64,000 nucleotides of DNA from Hydrolagus colliei (taxonomy: Eukaryota). Location of the stretch: positions 7,254,001 through 7,318,000 of the forward strand of contig CM068757.1 of assembly GCA_035084275.1 (NCBI GenBank). Reading direction: 5' to 3'. The translations under genes were made by a program, and so were the position numbers. Below, in pieces: positions 13,160 to 24,790 of the stretch. Positions within the stretch are counted from its first letter, which is position 1. Each line of letters begins with the position of its first letter. The notes under the pieces were generated by a model. It was not told where the DNA came from. It worked only from the letters and a program-made list of their open reading frames with translations, and searched no databases.

Positions 13160-13797
13160 AACAAATTACATTTGCTTAGCGCCTTTCAGGTCAGGAGGAC
13201 GTCCCAAAGAGCTGGACAGTCAGGATGTGCACCCAAGCTAGGGATTGGATAAGGAGGGGTGGAGCGCAGGGAGGGTGAGGATAGGTAGGTGATCGAATGC
13301 ATCGTCAAAGAGGAAGGTCTTGAGGAGCCTTAAACGTGGCAGAAGGGTTCTGGGATGGAGTTCCAAAGGATGGGGCAGAAAGGCTGAAGTCCCAATCGCT
13401 GTTGGTAGGGCGGGGAACATGGAGCACACCAGAGTCCATTGAGCAGAGGGAGCAGACAGGCCAAGAAGGGCTTTGAAAGCGAGGCCGAGGACTTTGAACT
13501 CAATCCTTTGAGGAATGGGGAGCCATTGAACCAGGTGAGGATAATACCAACAATCCTCACATTTGATAGAGCGCCTCAGCATGTCACTGAGATGTCTCAA
13601 AGCACTTCACAGAATATGCTGCAAAGTGGAATGACTGGATTTTGTGGACAAAATGCAGCAGCCAATTGCACAAAGGGTGGTGGTGGTGGGAAGATGTAGC
13701 CTGGTGCGAGAGAGGACATGAGCTGCAGAGTTCTGAATAATCAGCAATTTGTGGAGCGAAGAGTAGGAAAAGCCAACAAGCAGAGAGTTAGCATGGT
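13160..13797 (-). mobile_element. L2 LINE 3' end (ORF2 C-terminus + tail) interrupted by a SINE tail at ~13541-13672
   Basis: Minus-strand peptides NSLLVGF..LHKLLIIQNSAAHVLSRT and HLVQWLPIPQRIEFKVLGLAFKALLGL...LKTFLF are typical of the L2 ORF2 C-terminus; tail ...gggacgtcctcc...aaaggcgcta...ttgttg. Confidence 0.85.
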
Positions 13798-14619
13798 TTC
13801 TTTTTAAACGTTTCTTTTGTTTAAAAAAAGTTCAAAATCATTTGACATGTATGAGAAGGCAAAACAGTGTCAAATTATTTCTGCTGTTTTGTCAGGGAGC
13901 ACATTTGCAAAATTATGACTGCAGTAGTAGCATAAGTGTGAGGTTACAAGAAACATTTTCCTATGAAGGATAATGAAGGCATTGAGACATGTGTAACCAC
14001 AAGCGGGTTGTGTTGAAGCCAGTCAACCACAACAGTTTAAACAATATTGGTTTTCAATTTAATAATAAAAATGGAAACAGGATTGGCAAAGATGCATCCA
14101 GTTGGGGAGTTGTGGAGGGAGAGAAAGATTGGGAAACAGCACGTTTTACATGAGGCTAATTGCCCTCCCTTCATACTTTTTTGAATAAGATTCCAAACGA
14201 CAGCGGATTCATGATCAGTTTCTGCTGCTAAAATGGAAACTTTGATTCAAGGTTTGAAAAAATATAATCTGCTGCTTACAACGCAGTTTGTGGTTAAAAT
14301 GTGATATGACATGAAGTCGCTGGGGGTGGGCGGGGAGGGTGAATGGGGGAGGGGTTACAGATCACATATTTTTCACATGATTATTTTGAGTGGGAGGGTG
14401 GAAGTGGTGGTAAGGATCTGTTTCTGGGATAATAACTTTGGATTCATTTATTTTAGAAATGCTGCTTCAAGTGATTTATTTCACAAAATAGAATGTCCCA
14501 AATGTTTAGGATTTGATCATGGTTTTTTTCTTTTGGTTTTCTTTTTATGTGGAGGGGGTGGTGGTTTGACTGGATCTCAGCTCAAACCTCAAAGGGAGGA
14601 AAAGGGTTCACACAAGAAC

Positions 14620-14870
14620 ACACAAGATCGGTTTGGATGAAGAAGACCTATCTGATTTAAATCTTTTCAGAACATCGACCCTATGGTCCTCCCATCACAG
14701 AATCAAGCTTTTTTTTAAAACAAACTTCCTGTGTCTTGGCCTCAACTACCTTCATGACAACCTGTTCTAGTCATTCATTTCTCTAGGTAAAGAAAAACCT
14801 CCTGTTGTGTGTCCTGAAGTTGCCCTTTGCAACTCAAATCCTGTAGCCTCTTGTTCTACTATAAGTATTG
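14620..14870 (-). mobile_element. CR1 LINE 3' fragment
   Basis: ggcctcaactacc...aacctgttctagtcattc...aaagaaaaacctcc...ctgaagttgccc, CR1-type 3' end. Its tail is related to copies at 22025 and 48555. Confidence 0.65.
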
Positions 14871-15879
14871 TTTTGGATTTCCATTCTCAATCTCATTTTT
14901 ACAAAATTCCACATAAGGTTGAATTCACTATCACAAATTCACAAATGGATCCCTGAAAGATTCAGATGAACTGCTTTGAGGCAATTCCATGTAATAGAGA
15001 ATTTAGGATCTTATTTTTAAAAGTTCATTGGTATTTTGAGTACATATAGGTACTCCATACTCCAATAATTGTCCATTATGCTCCTAGGCTCCAAGGTGCC
15101 ATATTTGGGAATGAAATATCAGAACAAAGCCACAAAGCATGGTGATGGCTCCCACATGTGTCAGACACCTGGTTGAACAAAACAAATGTCCATTGCAGTA
15201 CTATGTAATCGAGTCATTCAACCATCGATTGTTGTCTAAAAATGTCATCACAAAGCAAAATAAAACACAGTGCAGGCATTTGGTTTCAAGAAGACAGAAA
15301 GGGGAAAGAATCCATTTAAAAGCACTGCCAAGATAAATCAATGGTCTTTTTAATTTGAATCTTTGTTTACTGAATAACATTCCTTGAGGTTTATAATTAC
15401 TGCAATGTCTTAGAGGCCCAAGAGTTTTCTGGAAAACATTGGAGTCTGTTAGTTTATTATGAAAAATAACTGCATCTTGAAGAGTGAGGTGTAACCGCAT
15501 GTTTCTTACAATAAGTGATTTGTTTCGAGTGAACCTTCGAAAATGGAATTAACCTTTTTTTTAATCAAAAATCTCTGCAACATGTTGGTATCACGCTTTT
15601 TCTCAAAATTCTCTTAAAGTTACTAGAAGTGACAATTGTGAACAAAAATCTTGTTTGCTGACTTTTCCAAATCATGGGAGTTGTATAAATGGTTACAAAT
15701 TACAATGTAGAGGTAGGACACAGAATGAGATTTACAATTCTCTCGCAAATATGTACAGCAGCCAGCTGGCCTGTCTGATTGACCCAAGAGGAATCTCCTT
15801 AACTCCATTTCTGATTGTTCCTAGACTAACACTGAATGTTGCAAAGCTCAACCATGATAAATCAATGCATGTCATAGCT

Positions 15880-16430
15880 ACAAACGTAAAAGTGGGAACA
15901 CAAAAGCCCATAGAGAAGAAGGCAAGCAGGATTCTGTCTTTTATGTTCAGGTGCAATGACAAGCAACTACAGAAGTTACAGTTCTACACAATATTGGTTG
16001 GACAATCCCTCCGCCTTGTTTCCTCCCTTTCCTCTTTCAAGGCCGGTTTGAAGACTTTCCTTTTCGACCGTGCCTTTTGTTCCCCCCCTAATTTTTCGAC
16101 CTCCCCCACGCTTTTTACCCCCTCCCGAACACTCCCCTCCCAGCTCGGGTCACACACCTCCTGTGCAGCGCCTTGGGACGTCCTCCCGACGTGAAAGGCA
16201 CTCTACAAGTCTAATTTGTTGTTGTTGACAACTGTTTGAATGCAGTGAAACTCCTTTCTCTGTTTGAATTGTGCCACGGGATCTTCAGCCTGAACAGGCA
16301 GAGTGGACCTCAGTTTGATGATTCATCTAAAGCAAGTGTCCAGAGAAAGGGTATTGGGTTTAGAGTAAAAGCATCCAGCATAGGTTGAATGGGCCACTGG
16401 CCTCCTGTACTATAAACTCCTTGTGACTTC
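15880..16430 (+). mobile_element. Composite: old CR1 fragment with an L2 tail (16006-16226) and a Deu-SINE fragment (~16248-16330, - strand) inserted
   Basis: KKASRILSFMFRC...FYTILVGQ|LFECS resembles the CR1 ORF2 motif KKA.R.LG...LYK.LVRP.LEYC. The L2 tail ends in (gtt)n and is flanked by gacaa direct repeats. Confidence 0.7.
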
Positions 16431-18056
16431 TGTGTGATAAGAGAAGCATGTGTCACACTAACAAACAGTTTGTTGGGACTAAATCATTAGGCAAAACTGC
16501 TAGTTGGGACATTTCTATTTCCAAGAAGAACGACTGTACAACAGACCCTGTATCTCATTATCATACATAGAGACACACAACTAAACCTCAACCACATTCC
16601 GCTAACATCAGCAATCCTCAACTAAAGACACTCTATTAACTGCTAACAATTCATTCATTCCCACTGAGCATGCACTGTGAAAATGACAACATTTTTTTAA
16701 ACTCCTGGACCATAATCATAAAAATCAATTGGCATCACCAACATAGCTAACAAATATTCACATAAAAGGATAATGCTGAATCCTGTGCCTGATTTATACT
16801 GCTAGAAATGAATATAATTTCCAGTTTTAGAGTGATTCCAACCGGGAAGCTGGATTTATGCTATTCACTGCAAATAGCTCTCTCCCAGGGATGATTAACC
16901 AGTGTTAGTTTAAATGTTTTAAAGAGACCAAAGGAATGTGCAGTACTGGAAAAGATCATTGTAGTCAATCTTGGTCTGTCCCAAAGTAAAGAAATATTAA
17001 ATAACTCAATGCTACTCATACCTCTTGATTGATTGCTTTCTTCCCCTGATAGCTGAATATTTCCCGCCTTGAAATGTGATCACAGAACGACAACTGTCTC
17101 TTTAATTAGATTGATTAAGGAATCATGACAATAACAGTTTATTTAAATAAAGTACCATGTTTTGCCAGTGAAAATATTTGAGTGGTTTTTACAATAACAA
17201 AAACAGAGATTTGATTTGTTTCAGTGTTGTGTCGTTTCGCAAAGAGAAAGACAATTGCGCCGACCATAATGGTAGCAAAATGATCCCAGTAGCTTTTAGC
17301 TTTCTCAATTTACTTCCCCTCTTCTAGTTGCATTTCACCAAAGTTGTGCTGTGTTTACCCTGTAATTCCAGACATCAATGCCTTGATCAAATTAATTTTA
17401 TTTGCACAGCACACTTAATGTGTGCATTATATTAGAGAGGAAGATAACACACAACAGGTTAAATTGCTAGGTCCACACCAATGAGTGCATTTATTAGCAG
17501 TGAAAGCACGACCAGCAAAAGATTGGGAATTGAGTATCCCAGTGATCATGGATGCAAACGTATGATGCTGCTAAGTATCATGAGTACCACAAAGCTGCTA
17601 AGGTCAGGGCTTAATTGCAAATGATAATAATAATTTTGAAAAGCGCAAGTAACAGTATTATTATTGATGTGGGAGGGAAGGTTTTGATGACTTTTCCCTC
17701 TTTCTTGGAAACTCTTAAAAAGTATTTAATTGTCTTTGCAATTCTCCAAAAACATGTGCAAGTTTCTGATTATAAAACATCTGCAAATATAATTTCCTGA
17801 AAATTTCCAAGCTTCGCTCAGGATATCACACTGGGAACTGTGAGTTATGGCAGCTCTTCCATGACAGGGAGAGATCCAGAGCTTATGTAAAACACAGGCA
17901 TGAGTTGAATTCTGTTTGTTTCGGTCACAAGTTACAGAATGTTAATCATTGCACCATCCCAGAAGAAAAATTTGGTTTCCTTTGCTAATTAATATTTTGT
18001 TTTGTAAATGATTCAGGAGAAGAATATAACATTTCTCACTTTTCTCACTTCCCACG

Positions 18057-18265
18057 ATTTGGAATGCACTGCCTGGAAGCTGGAACCAGATTTGATAGTA
18101 GCTTTCAAAAGGCAATTGGATAGGTATTTGAAAAGGTAAAAAATTGCAGGGCTATGGGATGGATAAGAGCAGGGAGGTGGGAGTAGTTGAATATCTCCTC
18201 CAAAGAGTCGCCACCAGCATGATGAGCCGAATAGCCTTCTTTTGTGCTGTAAGATTATATGATTC
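18057..18265 (+). mobile_element. CR1 LINE 3' end (shark HER1-like tail)
   Basis: tggaatgcactgcctg...tttcaaaaggcaattggataggtatttg...cagggctatggg...atgagccgaatagccttcttttgtgctgtaagatt. Confidence 0.8.
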
Positions 18266-18330
18266 AGGGTGGGGTAGAGAGGTGTTATAGCCAGGAAAGG
18301 GGGCAGGGGTTTATAGCCAGTTTAGTGGGG

Positions 18331-18618
18331 GGAGCTGTCCTGTAGCTCAGTGGTTAGAGCACTCGCCTTGCAAGCAAGAGTCCTGGGTTTGTACACTGGC
18401 AGGGATTGAAACTTTGGGCGAGTTTCCTTACTCCACATGCCTGATAATAATTTTTAAAAACAATAATAAATTGGTCATTTCAATCCACGCCGCGCAATTG
18501 GCTGCCGCATTGTGCCCACAAATATACTGTCAATTCACTCTACAGTATATTCTATGAAGCACTTTGAGACGTCTAGAAGATGTGAAAAAGTGCTATATCA
18601 AATGCAAGGATTATTATT
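18331..18618 (+). mobile_element. Near full-length tRNA-head SINE (short subfamily)
   Basis: A-box tagctcagtgg, degenerate B-box, ttgggcgagtttccttactccaca, tail gaagcactttgagacgtc...aatgcaaggattattatt. Confidence 0.9.
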
Positions 18619-20064
18619 CATGACATTCACTACACTCGACTATTAAGTATCTGTTCAATTTTAGCGATGTGCCTGCATTTCAACAATTGCAGAGGACCTC
18701 CCTATCACAGAGTAATGTCCCCGTTTCTATTTCCCCACAAATAGGATCATATTACATGACATGATATTATCATGGTATCAATCTGAACCAGCTTTTCATT
18801 TATTGGCAATGTTTGGCGAAGTTCATAGGGAACTTCCCACTAGGAACAAGTTGAAACTGACAATTTCCACAGGATCTCTACAAATGGCAGAGAGATGAAA
18901 CTTATCGCATCTCATCAATCTGAATTGGAATGTAATCCAGCTCCTCTTGCAATGTGTTCCAAACCAATGCATCCCTGTGTTGTGCTAATTCTACACAATC
19001 ATTGGCAAAATGCTAAACCATTACTTCTAGAACACCATGTGCTGTTGCGGTCTATTAAGTATGATAACATATCGGAAAGTTAGCATTCTATCTTAGATAT
19101 TTGAAGTACAATTTTGCTAAGAGTCACTAACATATAACCCTGGAGCAGTAAACCTATCAGTCTCTCAATACTGCTCATCACTAAATGCACACCAAGTACT
19201 AAAGGGATAAATAAAGAATTCACAAACCAGTGCATTAATACGATACAAATTGACTTCAGAATCTCTCAATCTTGTTTTCATCTCCTTTGCTTATGAAGCA
19301 GAACGTTTTTACACTTGCCAACCCAACAGAGGCAAGATATTTTAAATAAATCAAAGGTTCTCAATAGCAACATGCACACCGCCTCCCTTAGCTCACAGTT
19401 TCCTAGCACAGGCGTGTGGTTAAAAATGGAAAGACCGTCAATGTTAATGACACAGATAAAGTACCCAATATATATTATAGACAGCAGGGAGCGTGTAATC
19501 TCATCGCAGTTCAGTTAATGTTCCCGAACAGCAATGATGTCATATAAAACCCAAGAATAGTGCATAGACTTAAAGTCTCTCTCTCTCTCCTCTTCCCATT
19601 CATTGTTCCACTTAGCACAGTTAATAGTTTTAATGTTGGATGAAAATGACAGACAAACCGGCTAGAGAGCACTACTTATTAAATGTTAAGAGTGGGCAGT
19701 ATGTGGGTGCCCTAGTTTGCTTCGCTCCAAGTGGTAAGAAGCAGCTTTGCGCACATAATTCTCGATATGGCAAATTCTCAATCTTAGCTGAACTATCAAG
19801 ACCTTTCCCACAGGAATAATAGGAACCTCCCATACACCTCTTGGCAGACCATTACAGAGCTGCACTGGCAGAAACCTGGCAGAAGGATCTCAATAAACTA
19901 CTTAAAAAGAACTTGCAAGGTTTGTTTTAGTGCCTATTCATGCTGAAAACACCTTCAAAGTGCTTCATGTGTAATTATTATCAAGAATAAGTCATTGCTT
20001 TTGTTGGCAAACATGGCAGCCTGTTGTGCCAGTGAAGTCCATCAAACTGCCTTTCCCAGGTGAA

Positions 20065-20270
20065 CTATAATCCTTACGTTTATATAGCGCTTTCCACGTC
20101 TTGTTGACGTCTCAAAGAACAACCGGTCGATGTGTAGGATTTCTGTCCAAGACACCAGGATAATCTTCATCCTCTCTTTGTATAGTGGAATAGGATTTTT
20201 AACACCCATCTAAACAGGCAGGCGTCACTTCAGTTCAATGCCTCATCCGAAAACAGCACCTCTGGCATAG
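20065..20270 (-). mobile_element. Degraded Deu-domain SINE
   Basis: ccaagacaccagga...ggattttt aacacccatctaaacaggcaggc...cctcatccgaaaacagcacctc, reverse complement of the Deu domain. Confidence 0.7.
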
Positions 20271-22024
20271 GAAGTGTGGAATGATTTGCTATTAGAGAAA
20301 CATCATTTGGGACTGTTTAAAAAGATTTGGACAAGCACATGGAGAGAAAGGTTATTAGGGGGAAATGAGAAGATTATGAATCCTAATAATCATTGAATTT
20401 GATACAACACCTTTCATGTTGGCTCCTCAGCACTTCACAGGATTTATTGGACAGTATAGAATATATTTTTGGTAGATACAATGCACATCACTGCAATTTA
20501 CAATAAATCCTGTTGGAATTAGGTTGGATAAATTATTGCAGACATTGACGAGATGAAACGCCACAAATACTTCAATGCTTCATAGACATATTTTTCCTTT
20601 CTTTTAATATAAATATTACCCCCCAAAGAGGGCTTGCATACACAGTTTGTGACATGTTTCCAGAGACAAAAAGAAAATAGCATTCTTATGTTTGCATTAC
20701 TCCAGCACAAAGTGTGTGACATTGCCAAAGTTTAAACTGGTTGGTCCTATATACACTTGCAGATTTCAGCCAATACTGTCACAAAGTATTCAAATGAAAG
20801 AATGTGATGAACAAGGATATCCATCATTACATTTCCTGTAGGGGATGAGTACGGCCATTTTTCATACGGTAAGTTGAAAGAGAATTTGAGCTGCCTAAAC
20901 ACATCAATATGAAAGGCTGTTTACAACAGAGGCAGTTAAATGGATGACTTGCAAATAGCAGGGGTAGAAAAATGCTCACACTATAAGCCTAATGTTTGGC
21001 AATAACCCAGCTCTATAACGATGACTGATGACTAAGATTAAGAACCTCGCTGGCACTTGACAATGCTGGTATGGAGAAGTGCAGGCACGGTCAGCTGGGC
21101 TGCAGTGATCTTGGATTGCATTCTCTAGAGGAGAAGGATGTCTGGATACAAGTCCCTCAGGCTTTCCACTGACATTTCCAGCAGGCGAAGGGCCACAAAG
21201 ACAATTTCTACAAATTATCTTCATATGGCACTCGCAACCCCTACCCCCACTCACCCACCCCCCCACCCCCCACCCCCATTCCACCTCCCTTTGTCCCCGT
21301 GACCAAATGTCAAAGATTCTTCATAGTTAACATTTTTTTGCTCTCCCAAATCCTTGTGTGGTTTATTTGGTTTTGGTTATAATTATCTGTGATCTGTTGC
21401 TGAATAATCTGTGAGTTGCATTCAATTTCCAAGAGGCAGCAAAAGTTCCTAAATGATTCCCATAAAATTAAATGAGCACTAAGTGAATAGCATTGGCTCC
21501 GGACTTAGTCTGCTGTATGACACTGAAGAGATTACCGTAAGTGAGTGGGTGTATTGCACACTTGCATATGTAATGTTTTGGAGCTGTATGTTCATACCAA
21601 TTCTCTTCTCTGGCAAAACGAGCACTGCTTGAGACTGAGTGTTTCCCATAAATGAGTCAATTAAAGTTTCTGTAAGTTATAAAGATGCATTTTTAAAGAG
21701 AAGCAATGACAGCTCACATGATATAGTGGAAAGTTTATTTTGCAAATGCTGATACAAATTGATAGTTTAGTCGACTAACATATTCAACTCATCGGGAAGA
21801 ACATCCCAAATCACGCAAGACCACATCAGATTCTCGTTACCATTTGTAATGTTAGTATTTCCCCGTCAAGTAATTTTAATGCTGCATTGTGCCAAATCTG
21901 TCAATTATAATTGGACACCGCAACTCACTGGGAGAAAACCATCCACTGCTATGCCAAGCAATTAAAACTAACTATATTATCCAGGTCAAGTATTGCCATT
22001 TTAATGTGAAGAAAATAAAGATTG

Positions 22025-22160
22025 TCAGGAGAGGTAGTTGAAACCAGAATACTCTTTATTTAAAAAGCAGCTAGATGCTGTGATGGGAGAAGGGGTAGGG
22101 TGTTTTTTCTGGAAGAACAAGATTGTATGGGCCTTCTTCCAAACCAATCTTGTGATCTTA
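22025..22160 (+). mobile_element. CR1-type 3' tail fragment
   Basis: ggtagttgaaaccagaa...tttaaaaagcagctagatgctgtgatggga...gggccttcttccaaaccaatcttgtgatctt. Confidence 0.6.
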
Positions 22161-22604
22161 GGAAAATACTCATTTCTAATTGTTTGCGGTTCTAGATTTA
22201 TAAATGTATCGGATCTGGTCTGACATGAGTGGATTTTCTTTGGCTGTTGCAGTGCGAACAGTTGCCTGAAGAATCACTTGTTACAATCGTATTATAGTGT
22301 AGTGTAAGTTTACGGATGGAAAAAAATTGTTATGACAACACAAGACCTTTGATTCACATAGTTGGTGCCCTAGCACATACCCAGATCCAATCTACAGGTT
22401 GGATGCCTATAGATTGATTGCCCTATCTCAGAAGGAACAAAGAACAAATGTCCCATCGTAAATGCATCCTCAAAGATTGAACACAGAGTTCAAACCATCA
22501 TTTAGAAGTCCCGAACAGCGCAGTTTGCCTCTTGGCTATATGAAGCGCATTTTGTAAAAGAAAGCTTGTATTTCTTCGGAGCATATATATTTGTGGGATT
22601 ATCA

Positions 22605-22864
22605 AACAATTGTTTGTGGGAACATTGCTGTGCATAGATTGGCTGCCACATTCACCCCATAAATCCACAGTCACTTCACATCACAGTATACAACAACAAC
22701 AACAACAACGACGACAAAATTACACTTGTACAGCGCCTTTCATGTCAGGAGGACGTCCCAAGTTGCTGGACATCCCAGTATACCCTGTGAAGCACATTGT
22801 GACATCCCCCAACATGAAAGGTGCTCTACCAAATGCAAGGATTGTTATTAACGATTATTATTAA
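22605..22864 (+). mobile_element. SINE 3' part with an inverted L2 tail (22690-22772) inserted
   Basis: gtttgtgggaacattgctgtgcatagattggctgcc, then (caa)n...gcgcctttcatgtcaggaggacgtccc, then gtgaagcacattg...aaatgcaaggattg. Confidence 0.75.
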
Positions 22865-24489
22865 CTGGATTTGGTACTTTCTGATTTTGGTACCACTCAC
22901 CATTGAAATCATACCGCTTTGAGAACATGAAATTATAACACAGTGAGTCCATTAATTAATAGCACAATACAGTTATGAATCCGCAAAAAATTGGAACAGC
23001 AGAGAGGAAAAAAAACAATTAGGTGCTTTATAATCAGCAGTAATTAGTTCAGAGGGAATTACCAAAATAGATTGGAGAAGTCCACAAGCTCAGTCACGTC
23101 CAGTGTAACATTCCAGTGGATTGAGTCTTTGATTTGGAGATATAATTGCAAGTACTTTAAGTGGATTCGTTTTCCAGACCACTGCCCAGAGAAATGTATC
23201 AGCCACCTATGGGGATGTCAATAAGTGGTTTTAAGGTCCTATAAGGATTCATTCTGAATTGGGTTGGATGTAGTATTTCATATTCCAAACAGATGTGCTA
23301 TAGCTTTTCTTAAATTGGATGAGTGCTTTATTGTTCCTGTGAAGCAATAAGGATAGGACAGACTATCTTCAGACCCATTTCAAGTATTGGATATCCTTTA
23401 CTTTTAAAGCTTAAGAAATGTGTATCTATGATGCTTTGCCATACTACCTTCACAATGATCAGGCTAGATATCTTTTGATTACTCCATCATTCTCATTGCA
23501 TTCTATTGGAATCAGTTTTGGATTCCTATCTGGTCTGTTTATCCCTTCAACAACAGCAACAACAAATTATATTTGGGTAGCGTCTTTCACGTTGGTAGGA
23601 TGTCCAAAGCAGCTGGAAGGTCGAGGATTTACACCCGAGGTGGGTGGGAATGGGACCAGGAGGGGTTGTTTAAGCTGATCTTATTTTCCTCGATATATCC
23701 TGACCTGTTTGCAGTCCGATGAATGAAGGCAATATTTTAAGTTTACATCACTGTTACCACATACCACAATTCTCCACTCAGCAAAGCTGCTGAACACTTC
23801 CCAACCTCTTGTAAACATAAATTGCTGAGCAGCAGAGTGGTTGACTACACGGGACAATGTTAGACTGTAGCACAGATGAAGCCTGCGGTGATAAAACATG
23901 CCCCAGGGCTGCTGTAGAGAGCATCTAGGGGCACCAATCCATTGCACCACTGTACTCCTTTCAACTTGTTTCTAAAAGTTCCATCCAACAATGGGCCCAA
24001 TAAGGTTGACAATGTCCCTTTAACGACCTAAGAACACGAATGTCTTTTTTTGCAATCAGATCAGATCATTAGATATTTTTGGAACCTGACACTTTTAATT
24101 TCCTGTATATTTGGCAGCATCCGCTTCAGTCCTCACAGCAGTACGATACAAAGCTTGTTTTTTTATTTCCAATGTCTTTCCTCCTTTATGAAATGGTTTA
24201 AGATAAACAGAATCAAATCCCTCTCCATTGTGACCCACCCACTCAAACATAGTTTTTAAATGACAATTTACGAGCAGAAATAAGCTTTTTTAAAAAAAAA
24301 GTTAGATTTTTAAACGACGGAAAGAGCAAATGAATGGAAACAATTGACAATGCAAAAGTCTATAAATATCATGAACGTAATTAACATTAACGCACTGCTA
24401 ATCAAAAATCTTAATTCATCTTATTTATTAACCATTGAATTATGACCAACATAAAGATAAAGTGAATATCCAACCAAGCAGCACACATA

Positions 24490-24790
24490 CAATAATAAGC
24501 CTTGCATCTGGTATAGCACCTTATCACATCGTGAAAACGACTCCAAGGACTTTCATGAGTTTTCATGAGTGCAGCAGCCAATTTGCACACAACATCCCAC
24601 ATGCAGATATGAAATAAATGCTCAATTTTATTTGGGGATTGTTGGCCTGGACACCAGCAGAAACTCCCTTTTCTGTTCAAAAAGTGCCATGGGATCTCCA
24701 ATCTTTGACATGACCAGCTAGTGCTCCATGTCCCGTATAGGAGTTAAACTCACAACCTTCTGATTCAGAGGCAAGAGTGTGCCAACTGCG
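24490..24790 (-). mobile_element. Deu-domain SINE (internally deleted)
   Basis: gttggcctggacaccagcagaaactccc...agtgccatgggatct and head aaccttctgattcagaggcaagagtgtgccaactg. Confidence 0.75.

Noticed and set aside
15655-16194. 179-aa ORF as a host gene
   Set aside because: It is a chance in-frame fusion of unique sequence with CR1 and L2 remnants.
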